Shown here in pieces: positions 29,886-40,848 of a stretch of DNA of 64,000 nucleotides. The first letter of the stretch is position 1, and every line of letters starts with the position of its first letter. Location of the stretch: NCBI GenBank assembly GCA_965200245.1, contig CBDATS010000005.1, positions 352,001 to 416,000 of the forward strand, written 5' to 3'. The position numbers and the translations under genes were made by a program. This DNA is from a bacterium. GTDB taxonomy: Bacteria; UBA8248. The notes under the pieces are model-generated. The model had not been told where the DNA came from. It did not search any database and was given only the letters and a program-made list of their open reading frames with translations.

Positions 29886-30042
29886 AGTAAATACCGAGAA
29901 GGGAGCGCGGAATCCCGGCAGAGGATGAAGGTACATGAAGAGACACACAGGGCTCTTTCCTGGAAGAGCATAATCAGTTCTGCCTTATTCGGCAAAAATC
30001 CGCATTTACCCCACACTAGTGCGCGGGAAAAAGGTGCCGGGA

Positions 30043-30498
30043 CTAGGAAACGGCCATGCGACGCCCGCTCTCATACCATTCAGGACCCGGCTGTTCCGGC
30101 GGATCGTCGTAGCGCTTGATCTCGAGTTCGACGTTGTCGGGATCGTAGAAATATGTGGCGTAACCCACGCCGAAAGCACCGAGGTTCTTCTCCTCGCCGC
30201 GGTGCGGCTCTCTGCCACTCGCGCGCAAGCGCTCAATCACCTTGTGGTACTCGGCATCATCGAGACAAAACGCGAGGTGGTCCATCCCACCCTTGACTTC
30301 GACGTCATCCGACACGAAATCTTTGGCGTGAAACAGCACGAGAATGTCCTCCCCCACGCGGAAGACAACCTGATCGATCTCGCCATCATGGATGAGCCTG
30401 CGGCCGACGGGCTTGAAACCCATCACGTCACGGTAGAACATGATGGATTCATCGAGATTCGTGACGCGCAGGGCCACATGTTCGATCATTCGCTTCAT
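30043..30498 (-). CDS. VOC/glyoxalase-family protein
   Basis: IEHVALRVTNLDES..FY, MDHLAF, YFYDPDNVELE. Confidence 0.85.
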   Translation of the reverse strand: MKRMIEHVALRVTNLDESIMFYRDVMGFKPVGRRLIHDGEIDQVVFRVGEDILVLFHAKDFVSDDVEVKGGMDHLAFCLDDAEYHKVIERLRASGREPHRGEEKNLGAFGVGYATYFYDPDNVELEIKRYDDPPEQPGPEWYESGRRMAVS

Positions 30499-30528
30499 GG
30501 CTGCCTCCTTTTTGCCGGAGGGGAGGGA

Positions 30529-31050
30529 TTAGTCTTCGTAGGCTTTCACCGTGGGTACCGTGATGGGGGTTTCCGGCTCGGTTCTGCCCTCGGCTACGGC
30601 ACGAATCGCTGCGATGATCTGGCGATATCCCGTGCATCGGCAGAGATTTCCGGTGAGCCAGTGCTGAATTTCCGCCTCGGTGGGGTCGGGATTTTCATCG
30701 AGCAGTTTTTTGGCCGAGACGATCATCCCCGGTGTGCAGTAGCCGCACTGCGTGGCGCCATAGGACGCAAAGGCGGCCTGAAGGGGATGCAAGTCATCAA
30801 GACCGCCGAGGCCTTCTATCGTCTCGATATTCGACCCATCAGCGCGCACCGCGAGAACGAGACAAGAACTGATGAGTTCACCATCCATGATGATCGAACA
30901 GGAACCGCAGGCTCCCTGATCGCAGGCGCGCTTTGTGCCCATCATACCCAAATCTTCACGGATGAGGTCCACCAGATATCGGCTTACGGGAACCATGGCA
31001 TCGACGGGTTCGCCGTTGAGAACAAAAGATATCATCCTTTTTTCAGACAT
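30529..31050 (-). CDS. CoxS/CutS-type 2x[2Fe-2S] small subunit of a xanthine-oxidase-family enzyme
   Basis: GTKRACDQGACGSC..SC, TIEGL, QCGYCTPG, GNLCRCTGY. Confidence 0.92.
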   Translation of the reverse strand: MSEKRMISFVLNGEPVDAMVPVSRYLVDLIREDLGMMGTKRACDQGACGSCSIIMDGELISSCLVLAVRADGSNIETIEGLGGLDDLHPLQAAFASYGATQCGYCTPGMIVSAKKLLDENPDPTEAEIQHWLTGNLCRCTGYRQIIAAIRAVAEGRTEPETPITVPTVKAYED

Positions 31051-31135
31051 ATCGAGCCCTCACTCTTTGTGACCATGCGCTGTCGTGACGTGGCCTCACT
31101 ATACCACGATTCATTCGTACGTACACAGGGAATCC

Positions 31136-32149
31136 TCAAATCTTCCTGAGCGTCGGGATGAGTTCGTCCGAGATCATTCGCATGCTGTGGAGCGCCGTGG
31201 AAAGCGGCATTCCCGCCCAGTGGGTACGGATGACGAGGTGATTCATCCCGACTTCCTCCCAGTAGGGGCGAAGCTGCTCGTAACACTCCTCGGGTGAGCC
31301 GAGGATGAAGCGATCCTTCAGGAGATCGTCGAATTCCTAGTCGAACGTCTCATCCTCGGGCATGGCGTCGTCCTGCCCCCATTTGGCGTAGTCCTGGTAT
31401 TTGCCGAACAGATAAGGCCCCGCCATTTCGAGGGCGGTCTTCTTGTCACGGCTGCAGAACACTTCCTTGATGCACGGGAATTCCCTGGGAAACGGCTTGC
31501 CGCAGCGGTCCAGCTCCGCACGGCAGAGCGCCATCTGCCTCCTGATGGTCGCCGTGGTCGAATGGGGGTTGATGAACCAGTTGTCCCCGATACGTGCGGC
31601 GCGCTCGATGGCCTTGTCGTTGTTCGCCGCCACCCATATCGGCGGATAAGGCTTCTGTACGGGGCGGATGTTCATTCGCACGCCGTCGAGCTTGCAGACT
31701 TCATCCTCCCAAGTGACTTCCTCTTCCGTCCAGAGTCGCTTCACGAGTTCGAGTCATTCTTCGAAACGGCGCACGCGCTGTCCTTTCGGCACGCGAAAGG
31801 CGTCGAACTCCGCCTCGCGATAGCCCAGCCCGATTCCGAACACGAAGTTTCCCCGGCAGATCACGTCCATCGTCGCCACCGTTTCAGCCACATAGACCGG
31901 GTTGTGGAGGTTGATAAGCAGGATGCCGAGCCCAAGCGTCATCTCGCCCGCCTCGGCCTGCAGGCGCGCCAGGAAGGGCACGATCTGGAGTTGCTTGTTG
32001 TTGCCCTCGTTCAGATAGTGCTGCCCGGTGAAGAGAGAATCCCAGCCCTTATCGCGCGCGAGGCGCACCATGGCGTATTGGTCGTCAAGGGCAGTGACCA
32101 TGTCGGTTTCCAGGTACTGCTGGTTGGTGATGAAGAGCCCTACTTTCAT
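31136..32149 (-). pseudogene. LLM-class flavin-dependent oxidoreductase with two in-frame stops
   Basis: Continuous frame MKVGLF..GQHY..HNPVYVAE..GLGYREAEF..RFEE*LELVKRLW..RPVQKPYPPIWVAA..ETFD*EFDDL..RFILGSPEEC..; TGA at 31754 and TAG at 31337. Confidence 0.85.
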
Positions 32150-32774
32150 GTCACATTCCCTATGCTGAGGTGGATGGTTGAGCCAACATACCCCAACGTT
32201 CTCACTGCCGCCATACCTGCGACAGCGATGCGGAGTGAGAAAATGCGGGTTATTCTTGACTCGCATCCTGTCTGCCGAGGCGCCGTACACACACCATCTA
32301 CTTCGAGGTTTATGACAACTTTGAGGCTGCCGCGAGTACCACCTCATCTCCCCGGTCATCGACGGCAGCGATGATCTTCCACTCTTCCAGGTCCAGATAG
32401 ATTGCGTTTCCCGTGAAAAGATACATCTTGGCGTGGAGCGAACAAGAAAGACAACACAAGTTGCCGCACCCGGTCGCTGCGTTCGGCTGGTTTCCACCGG
32501 CCGGATACTCTACGAGGAACGGACCGACCGCCTGCAGGAGGCAACTTCGGATGTCCGCGTTAGATCCGCCACCATCTGCACGGGGCCGATTGCACCGATT
32601 TCCAAACCATTGCAAATTGTCCCGGTTTGCCGTATACACGCACGATATATTGATAAAAGGAAACTCCTCAAATTCGTAGTCCGCACGGGTGCAAGCATAC
32701 GATAGCCAATAGCGATAGTGGCACATTCGCCGTCATGCGGACACCGGTTTTGCCGGTTCCGGAAAAGGGGAATC

Positions 32775-33899
32775 ATGTCGGCCGTTGAACTCATTGATGT
32801 GACAAAGAGATTTGGCCGGGTCACCGTCATTTCCGATCTGAGCCTGCAGATCGAGGAAGGCGAATTCGTGGTGCTGGTCGGCCCTTCGGGTTGCGGCAAA
32901 TCCACGACGCTTCGCATGATCGCCGGTCTCGAGGAAGTCTCCGCAGGCCGGATCATAATCGCCGGAAACGACGTTACTCATGCGGCTCCCAAGGCCCGCG
33001 ACATCACTATGGTATTCCAGTCCTATGCGCTCTATCCACATATGGATGTGGCGGGCAACATGTCGTTCTCGCTCCGTCTCGCCAAGTTTCCCAAGGCGGA
33101 GATCGCCGCTCGGGTGGCGCGCGCCGCTGAAATGCTCGGTCTGACCGAACTCCTACACCGCCAACCGCGAGAACTTTCGGGCGGACAGCGTCAGCGCGTC
33201 GCCATGGGCCGTGCTATCGTGCGCGACGCCTATTGCTTTCTGTTCGATGAACCACTCTCGAACCTAGACGCCAAACTTCGCGCCCAGATGCGCACCGAAC
33301 TGCTGTTGCTGCACAAGCAACTCGACCGCACCATGATCTATGTGACCCACGACCAGATTGAGGCCATGACAATGGCCGACCGCATCGTGGTTATGGATCA
33401 GGGGGTCATTCAACAAATCGGCACACCGCCCGAGGTCTACAATTACCCTGTCAACCGGTTCGTCGCCGGCTTCATCGGTTCGCCAGCCATGAACATGCTG
33501 GACGGAGAGATCAGGCAGGAAGGTTCGGAATATGTAATTTTCGGAGACGGCTTCGAACTGCCGGTTCCGAGGATATTCCACGAGAGCCTGAGCAGTGACG
33601 AGTCTCGGGAAATCGTCGCGGGCCTAAGGCCCGAGCATTTCTCCTCGACGGGGACGAGGGATTCCGGCGGTGCCACAGCCCCGGTGCAATTGACAGTGGA
33701 TGTCGCCGAGTATGTCGGTGCCAACCAGTTTCTTGCAGCGCGCATCGGTGAGCAAAGAATTTCCGTGTCCGTGGAAGCCGGCCCGGAACACGGCCGGATG
33801 GAATCGGGCACTTACTTTTTCGAAACGGAGAGGCTCTACCTGTTCGACAAGAAGACCGGCCTCGCACTCAATCCTGTTGCCCGGGCCGAGGCGTTTTAA
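32775..33899 (+). CDS. Carbohydrate ABC ATPase (MalK/UgpC-like)
   Basis: GPSGCGKST, VFQSYALYPHM, LSGGQRQR, FDEPLSNLDAKLR, YVTHDQIEAM. Confidence 0.95.
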   Translation: MSAVELIDVTKRFGRVTVISDLSLQIEEGEFVVLVGPSGCGKSTTLRMIAGLEEVSAGRIIIAGNDVTHAAPKARDITMVFQSYALYPHMDVAGNMSFSLRLAKFPKAEIAARVARAAEMLGLTELLHRQPRELSGGQRQRVAMGRAIVRDAYCFLFDEPLSNLDAKLRAQMRTELLLLHKQLDRTMIYVTHDQIEAMTMADRIVVMDQGVIQQIGTPPEVYNYPVNRFVAGFIGSPAMNMLDGEIRQEGSEYVIFGDGFELPVPRIFHESLSSDESREIVAGLRPEHFSSTGTRDSGGATAPVQLTVDVAEYVGANQFLAARIGEQRISVSVEAGPEHGRMESGTYFFETERLYLFDKKTGLALNPVARAEAF

Positions 33900-33924
33900 T
33901 CACTAACCTTGCAAGGAGGAAACC

Positions 33925-35279
33925 ATGAAATCGAAACCCGGATTTTGGGGGACGATAGCGCTTGCGGCGATCGTTACCCTGACGTTCAGTGCCACGTCGC
34001 TGTTGGCCAATCCCTACGAGAAGTACAAGGGCAAAACGCTGGTCGTCAGTTGGCCCGCGAATTCGCATTACAAAAAAGCCAGGAAACTGGTCGCCGAATT
34101 CACCAAAGAGACAGGTATCAAGGTAGAAATCGACTACTCCCAGTACCTCAGGATGCGAAATCGCCAGTCGCTGGAGATGAGTAAGAAGGACGGTGATTTC
34201 GATGTCGTTTCCTGGGTGGTGATGTGGAAGGGAGAATATGTGGCGAAAGGCCTGCTGACACCCCTGTCACAGTTCTTTACCAGCCCCGCGTTCGTCGACC
34301 CGAATTATGACATCAACGACATTGCTGACGCCTACATCCAGAACGGCGGCATCGTAGGCGGCAAGAAGGGCTATTTGCCCGGCAAGTCGGGCGCGCTCTA
34401 CGGTCTGCCGTTCGGTGCCGAGACCTCGATCCTGGCCTACCGAAAGGACGTGTTCAAGCAGTTGGGCCTCGCCGTGCCGAAGACCTACGATGATGTCCGC
34501 AAGGCAGCGAAGCTCATCAAGGAGAAGAAAGGGATGGGTGGCCTCACCATGCGCGGCAAGACCGGGCACCAAGTTACGGCCGCTTGGTTGTTCCATGCTG
34601 CGCCCATGGGTGCGCGGGTCTTCGACGACAAGTGGCAACCCGTCTTCAACAACCCTGCCGGCGTAAAAACCGCAGAGTTCCTGCGCGAGATGGTGAAGTA
34701 CGGTCCCCGCGGCATTCCGTCCTACAGCTACGGCGATGCGTCGAAAGCGTTCCTGCATGGCGATGCCGCCATGTATATCGACTCTCTGAAAATCGCCGCA
34801 AGAGCACGCGACCGAAGCAATCGAAGGTAGTCGGCAAGGTTGGTTACGCACTCCACCCGACCGATATCCGCTGCGGTTCCGAGACAGGCGGTTTCGCCAT
34901 GGGCATACCAGCCAACTCGAAGAACAAGGAGGCGGCGTTCCTGTTCATCCAGTGGATGACCTCGAAAAAGGCCGATCGTCGAATCGTCGAGCTCGGCGGC
35001 GACCCGATCCGTATTTCCACGCTCACCGATCCGGTGTTCTCAAAGAAGTTCCCGGAATATCCGGTGATTGCAGAACAGTTGAAATGTGCCGATCCCGACT
35101 GGCGGCCGTTGATCCCCGAGTGGAACGAGTTGAACATCAAGGTGCTCGGCCTCGCGCTGCATCAGGTCCTGACTTCCGACAAGCCCATCAAGCCAATCCT
35201 GGACAAGGCGGCGGTGAAGGCACGCGCCGTCATGGAGCGCGAGGGCTACTATCGTTGGCAGTCGAAATCCTCAAAATAG
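33925..35279 (+). pseudogene. Carbohydrate ABC substrate-binding protein, split by one frameshift near 34812
   Basis: Signal peptide, LYGLPFGAET, YRKD; adding one C to GACCGAAG restores ARDPKQSKVVGKVGY and joins ORFs 33925-34830 and 34584-35279. Confidence 0.85.
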
Positions 35280-35296
35280 CCGAAATTCCTGAACCT

Positions 35297-35323
35297 GCCT
35301 CCCCCGGTAGAACCGGGGGAGGC
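35297..35323 (+). terminator. Stem-loop after the substrate-binding gene
   Basis: GCCTCCCCCGGT-aga-ACCGGGGGAGGC perfect inverted repeat. Confidence 0.55.
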
Positions 35324-35361
35324 GCATAACCAACAAGCAACCGGTCACCGGAACGTTCACC

Positions 35362-36273
35362 ATGAGCGACCCTGCCCCTCTGATCGTAACAAGAACACCG
35401 AGATGGATCGTCGGATACCTGTTCGTCGCGCCCGCCGTTCTGCTCATGGGTGCGGGCCTGATCTATCCGGTCGTCCAGGGACTGATGCTCAGTATGCAGG
35501 ACTGGGCAGTCGGCACGCCGATATCTTCCGCGGAGTTCATCGGTGCAAACAACTATCTGCGCATGCTTAGCGATGACAACGTCAAGGAATCCATGTGGGT
35601 GACGTTCAAGTTCGGCTTTTTCACGATCATCATCGAAATGACGCTGGGAGTCGCACTGGCTCTGCTACTAGAGAAACCGATTCGCGGCGCATCCATCTTC
35701 CGAACGATATTCATCATGCCGCTGATGATTTCGCCCGTGGTGGTCGGATTGGTATGGCGCTACCTGTACGACGCCCGGGCGGGGTGGATCAACCATTACC
35801 TGGAACTCGCCGGCTTAGAGCCGCTAATCTGGCTTGGGGAGCCACATCTCGCGTTTTTCGCCATCGTGTTCACGGACATCTGGCAGTGGACGCCGTTCGT
35901 CTTCATCATCGTGATCGCCGGCCTCCAGGCGCTACCCTCGGAGGTCATCGAAGCGGCACGTATTGACGGCGCCAATACATGGCAGCAGATATTCCTGGTG
36001 AAGCTGCCGATGATCAGGTCAGTCCTGATCATCGCCCTTCTGCTCCGGATCATCGATGTCTTCAAGGGACTGGAGGTCATGCTGATCATGACAGAAGGAG
36101 GTCCGGGACTGGCAACGGAACTGTTGTCGCTGCACATCTACAAGACCGCCTTCGACGCCCAGCAACCCGGCTATGCGGCGGCCATCTCCGTCCTCTTGCT
36201 GATGATCGTCTTCGCTCTCAGCCTGGCGATACTGTTGATCAGCAACCCCATGAAATCCCGCGCCGACGTGTGA
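35362..36273 (+). CDS. Carbohydrate ABC permease
   Basis: PLMISPVVVG, DIWQWTPF, EAA loop EAARIDGA. Confidence 0.93.
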   Translation: MSDPAPLIVTRTPRWIVGYLFVAPAVLLMGAGLIYPVVQGLMLSMQDWAVGTPISSAEFIGANNYLRMLSDDNVKESMWVTFKFGFFTIIIEMTLGVALALLLEKPIRGASIFRTIFIMPLMISPVVVGLVWRYLYDARAGWINHYLELAGLEPLIWLGEPHLAFFAIVFTDIWQWTPFVFIIVIAGLQALPSEVIEAARIDGANTWQQIFLVKLPMIRSVLIIALLLRIIDVFKGLEVMLIMTEGGPGLATELLSLHIYKTAFDAQQPGYAAAISVLLLMIVFALSLAILLISNPMKSRADV

Positions 36274-36274
36274 G

Positions 36275-37117
36275 GTGAAGACGATGCACTCAGGAACCAC
36301 CGAATTGAAAACGATTCTCCACTACGCGGGGCTGATCGTACTGTCCATAATTTGCCTGACACCGATCTACATCATGATCAGCACTTCCTTCAAAAACGAG
36401 GTGCTTATCTTCGATGGAAATCCCGTGTGGTTTTTCTTCTTCCCCACTCTTCAGAACTACATGGACATCATCGGCGAGGCGAACTTCGACCGGTACCTGG
36501 TGAATTCCATTATCGTGAGTGTTTCGGCAACCATGATCACGCTGACCACCGGTGGCATGGCGGCCTATTCCCTGGCCCGCATGCAGTTCCCCGGCCGCCA
36601 GTCCATCGCCAACGGGGCACTCCTGGTCCGGATGATACCGCCCGCAGTGCTGGCGATCCCGGCCTTCGCGGTCTCCATCCTGCTGGGAATCGCGAACAAG
36701 CTTTCGGGCCTCATCTTCTTCTATTCGGCGCTCAACCTGCCCTTCGCCATCTGGCTGCTCTACGGCTTCGTCAAGCAGGTTCCGATCGAACTCGAGGAAG
36801 CCGCCGTCGTTGACGGGGCCACCCCCTGGCAGGTGTTCACCCGTGTCCTCTTCCCGATAATGAAGGCCGGTTACGCGGTTACCGGCATCTTCGTATTCCG
36901 GATCGCATGGAACGAATTCATTCTGGCCCTGCTGCTAACGGACAGAACCACGCGCACACTACCGGTTGCCACCAGTCTGTTCCTGACGGACTCGGGCCCC
37001 GAATGGGGACGCATCATGGCCATGGGTACGCTTATCGTCATTCCGCCGCTGATCTTCACCTTCTTCTCTGCGCGACATATTATCGCCGGCATTACGGCAG
37101 GTGCTGTAAAAGGATAG
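36275..37117 (+). CDS. Carbohydrate ABC permease
   Basis: PTLQNY, RMIPP, NLPFAIW, EEAAVVDGA, WNEF, GAVKG end. Confidence 0.93.
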   Translation: MKTMHSGTTELKTILHYAGLIVLSIICLTPIYIMISTSFKNEVLIFDGNPVWFFFFPTLQNYMDIIGEANFDRYLVNSIIVSVSATMITLTTGGMAAYSLARMQFPGRQSIANGALLVRMIPPAVLAIPAFAVSILLGIANKLSGLIFFYSALNLPFAIWLLYGFVKQVPIELEEAAVVDGATPWQVFTRVLFPIMKAGYAVTGIFVFRIAWNEFILALLLTDRTTRTLPVATSLFLTDSGPEWGRIMAMGTLIVIPPLIFTFFSARHIIAGITAGAVKG

Positions 37118-37221
37118 CCGGAAGACCCGCCGTTCCCTGGAAGAGACGACTCCCTATCCCTCAAGTCCGAAGTCCCGTACAGATACATTGTCGCAGATCA
37201 GCACCTCTCCCCGACAAATGC

Positions 37222-37515
37222 CTACTCCTCCGGCTCATTATAAGAGATGAACGTGATGTCCGCCGCTTCGTTGCGGCCGGGGATCAGGGCCTGGTAGCCG
37301 TCCGAGTAGTACCATCTCTCGACCGCCTCCTGGTCGGGGAATTTCAGGAGAACGAACATCTGCCTGTCGTGCTCGCCATGGAGAACCTTCACGAGTTGTC
37401 CGCTCGCCGCCACCTCTCCCCCGACGGAGGCGACGATGGCAAGCCCCTGCTCGGCGTAGCTGTTGAATCCTTCTTCATCCTTCACAGTGATGTGTCCGAC
37501 CACGTATGCGCTCAT
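37222..37515 (-). CDS. DUF1330-family protein
   Basis: MSAYVVGHITVKDEE..Y...GG...G...FP..EA..RWYYSDGYQAL...R. Confidence 0.85.
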   Translation of the reverse strand: MSAYVVGHITVKDEEGFNSYAEQGLAIVASVGGEVAASGQLVKVLHGEHDRQMFVLLKFPDQEAVERWYYSDGYQALIPGRNEAADITFISYNEPEE

Positions 37516-38143
37516 GTTCGCTCCTTTCACAAATGGGGCCGTGCAGCCCGGCGAATGAAATACAGATTTCACGCTGCGCTTGCTGCGGCGTCTCTCGCGT
37601 TTCCTCCCCGTCCGGCCTGAAAACCAAAACCTCTGACAAACCTCAGAATGCTTCAAAGGTTCCACAATTTGCCGTTGGAATCAACGTCGCCCTGGCGATA
37701 CGGGATGAGAATGTGTGAAATTATCAGTTTTGATCGTCTTGGATGTACGAGAAATTGTCAACGCCTGTAAATTCCTGAACTAATTTGTAATTGCTTGAGT
37801 TATCCAATGCCTTGAACCAGTCCGGAATCTTCAGGAAATGAAGTGCTCACCAGATTGGTTCCGATTGACGATGCAGATATACAAGTGTTCATTGAGGTTA
37901 TCCATGACATGAGGGGTGACAAACCGGACTTGTTTTGCACAGCCCCTCAAGCGACGATGGATGACTGAATCCGTAAATAGCAACACCGGTGGGTATTTCA
38001 AGAAGGGGTTGCGTGCTGCCCGAAAAAGTTTCCAGTCGGTGATTTACACCGGACGGGCATGTCGTCGCGGCGTCGGCGACATACCGGATTTCCCCCTTCG
38101 AGCTCAGGCCCGGGTGGGTCCATGGGCTCGCGGGGAAGTGGTT

Positions 38144-39010
38144 CTAGAACCGTATCGAGAAGCCCGCCTGCACGGAGTGCTCGTCCTCGCGGCCGGTCCA
38201 TGCTCCCCGGTAGCCGAGACGCAGGCTCCAGGCGTCCGAACTGCCCTTCAGCGTGACGCCGAGGCTAAAGCGGAACGACTCCCGGGGAATGCCGATCACC
38301 CGTTTCTTCTCGGGGAAACTCAACACGCCCGCATGGTCCGCCTTGCGCACCGTCGGGGAGAGTTCCAGCCACTCAGCCGTCGCGACCTCCACGCCGGCCC
38401 GCCATCCTCGGTAGTCCTGCGAGTAGCCCGGGATATCCGCCCTCATCACCGCGCTCTCCGCCGTGTGGCCGCCGTGGTCCAGAGAACCTGCGAACACCGA
38501 CACCGACGGGGCGAGACGCATGCCGCCGGCGGGGAACAGCCGGCCCGCCCTCGCCTCGACATGGGTCTGTTTCACGTCGAACGAGCCCCCGAACAGGCCG
38601 GTGGCCTCCCGCGTCCTGGACGATGCGCGCGAGCGGCCGTGGGCGAGTGTCACGTCGGAGAAGAACGCGTCCCCCCTCCAGCCCAGACCCGCCGCGTAGA
38701 CCTCGCCCGTGAGTCCGAAAACGCCTCGGCGAGGGGGGCCACCGACGCCCCGAGATGCAGGCCGCCCCCGAGAGGCACGTCCATGTCGAGGGATACGGCG
38801 CGGGTCTCGGAATCCCCGCCGATCCCGCGGAGCCCGAACCTCACGGAACGCCCCTCCGGACCGCTGCCCCTGCGCACCGGATATCCCTCCAGGACGGCCT
38901 CCGTCAGGCGCACCATCGCACGCGAGGCAAGTCCGAGCGGCGAGGAGCCGGTCGGTGTTTCCGGCTCCGGTTCTGGTTCAGGCTCGAACACGGCCTCCTC
39001 CCCGGTCAGA
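38144..39010 (-). pseudogene. Autotransporter beta-barrel relic (frameshifted, passenger lost)
   Basis: PEPEPEPE linker, alternating beta-strand pattern, C-terminal LRLGYRG...HSVQAGFSIRF ending in Phe; split over ORFs 38650-39186 and 38144-38653. Confidence 0.6.
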
Positions 39011-39593
39011 ACCCCTGAACCCAAACATACTGGCCAGTACCGATACCCGACTTCGACTCGCCACTGGAAGATCTCCGACTTTTTCGCAGACCGGAAACAG
39101 GTTTTCAGAAGCAACCCGTCGTTCCCGGCGTATCCTCCACATCCTGCGCACAACCCATAGGACATTGCCGAGGACACGGACTTCATTTGCCAGACACGAA
39201 TACGGCGGATAACCGGGGGTTTTCGGGAACAAGGTCAGAATATCAATCACCTCAATTCAGAACCATTTTTTGCAGGACTCTATAAACCATAAACGATTCA
39301 GTGCCGCCAGGACGCAAAAGACGAAAACGGGTGTATGCGGTTTTGCAAGAACAGGTCACGACCTGTGAGACAACCCCGGGGAGGGGCTACCACTGCGTGA
39401 GCCTCTCCCCAATCTCCCCTCCATTTTCCGGGGCTGGCCGCTGGGGCTATTTTGGGCTAATATGAATCCCATACAAGATGATGTCGGTAAAACTGACGGC
39501 CATACATGATTTTCACGTACAAAGGCGGTGGGTAGTTTCGCTCAGGTTCGCCCGAGTGTTCCTTTTTTCTGGTTTTGTGGGGGAATTCCAGTC

Positions 39594-40151
39594 ATGAAAA
39601 AACGAGACGTATTCAGAAGTCTGGCCGTCCTTGTAGTGGCAGGCGCGCTCGTTACGGGCTGTGCGGGCAACGAGATGATGAACAGGAAAAACGACAAAAT
39701 GACCAAAAAGAAAATGGCCATGAAAGACAAGATGATGATGGGCAAGAAAAAGATGAAGGGCGGCGAGGATCCCGCCGTAACGGCGCGCAAGAAACTCATG
39801 CGCGGCATCGGTGCTGACATGAAGCGCCTGAGAGCCGCCATGAAACAAGGCAGCGGCTGGGTTGTCGAGGAGCAGGTGCGCCAAGCAGCAGGCGACATGT
39901 ACAAGAAGGCATCCAGGATCAAAAAGGCGTTCAGAAAAAACAACTTGACGGGTAAGACGACTTCTTCCGCTGCGATCTGGAAGAACACTGGGAAATTCAA
40001 TCTCATCGCAGACGGCCTGGCTGCGAACGCCGCCGTCCTCGCGCAAATCCATTACAAGGGCGGCCCTGCGGCCATCAAGAAGTCGTTTGGCCTCATCGGC
40101 CGGCAATGCGGAGCATGTCACAAAGCATTCAGGAAGAAGAAAAAGAAATAA
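39594..40151 (+). CDS. Cytochrome c' (class II), predicted lipoprotein with Met/Lys-rich linker
   Basis: Lipobox LVTGC; ARKKLMR, T.SSAAIW...KF, C-terminal CGACHKAFR. Confidence 0.85.
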   Translation: MKKRDVFRSLAVLVVAGALVTGCAGNEMMNRKNDKMTKKKMAMKDKMMMGKKKMKGGEDPAVTARKKLMRGIGADMKRLRAAMKQGSGWVVEEQVRQAAGDMYKKASRIKKAFRKNNLTGKTTSSAAIWKNTGKFNLIADGLAANAAVLAQIHYKGGPAAIKKSFGLIGRQCGACHKAFRKKKKK

Positions 40152-40232
40152 CGACGTCCTACAATCAAAAGAAACCCCGGCTCGAATCGCCAGTGTTTTC
40201 TTTTGGGATTTACACAGGAAAGTTGACAAACC

Positions 40233-40406
40233 CTAGTCTGCCTCCTCGAAAACAGGTTTGCCATCGTCGAATCTTATCCTGAAACTGCGTTCCAGATATT
40301 CCTTTGTGGGCGCGGGGAACTTATCGTCCGGCTTCGGGGCGTTGAGCAGGTTCCTGAAGAACGTATCCATGTTTTCTTCGATTTTTTCCGGATTCTCAAT
40401 TTCAAT
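40233..40406 (-). CDS. Small hypothetical protein (below the ORF track cutoff)
   Basis: AGGAGAG RBS then IEIENPEKIEENMDTFFRNLLNAPKPDDKFPAPTKEYLERSFRIRFDDGKPVFEEAD*; paralog at 23945. Confidence 0.55.
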   Translation of the reverse strand: MEIENPEKIEENMDTFFRNLLNAPKPDDKFPAPTKEYLERSFRIRFDDGKPVFEEAD

Positions 40407-40467
40407 CTCTCCTTTTTTCGTTCAAAACCCCCTAAATAGACAGTAACACTCTTGTAAGGAGAAACCA

Positions 40468-40560
40468 ATGCTGAAACGAATCACATACGACCTGCTCGAT
40501 GATTTAGAGGATCATCAAACCGAAATCGAGGAAAGCAAGGATCCGGAAGGTGCTGTCATG
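40468..40560 (+). pseudogene. Truncated small gene, paralog of 24349-24597
   Basis: AAGGAG RBS, MLKRITYDLLDDLEDHQTEIEESKDPEGAV; similarity ends where the opposing gene 40567-40848 terminates. Confidence 0.45.
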
Positions 40561-40566
40561 GTTTTA

Positions 40567-40848
40567 CTACCAGTGTTTTTTTATTCCCATATAATGCTCA
40601 TACGCTTTCATCGGATCTATCAACTCGCACTTTTCCGCCACTTCATCCGGGGGCATACCATCATAATATCGGGCATATCTTTTCCCTCCACTATAATAAT
40701 ATTTTCCCTTGAAATAACTGTCCCTCTTACCGTAGCCATTTTGCTCCGTGACTGGAGTTGCTTTGCTTTCGTCTGAATTCTTTTCGCCAGTCATTTTATT
40801 CCTCATTGTTCTAGGAATCCGGGTTCTCGATTTTCCATCTTCAATCAC
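40567..40848 (-). CDS. Hypothetical protein
   Basis: AT-richer ORF abutting 40849-41124; probable start MTGEK; no recognisable motif. Confidence 0.5.
   Translation of the reverse strand: MIEDGKSRTRIPRTMRNKMTGEKNSDESKATPVTEQNGYGKRDSYFKGKYYYSGGKRYARYYDGMPPDEVAEKCELIDPMKAYEHYMGIKKHW

Noticed and set aside
32310-32580. Possible TetR regulator relic upstream of the LLM gene
   Set aside because: Only vague similarity (DIRSCLLQAVG, EEWKIIA); not supportable without a search
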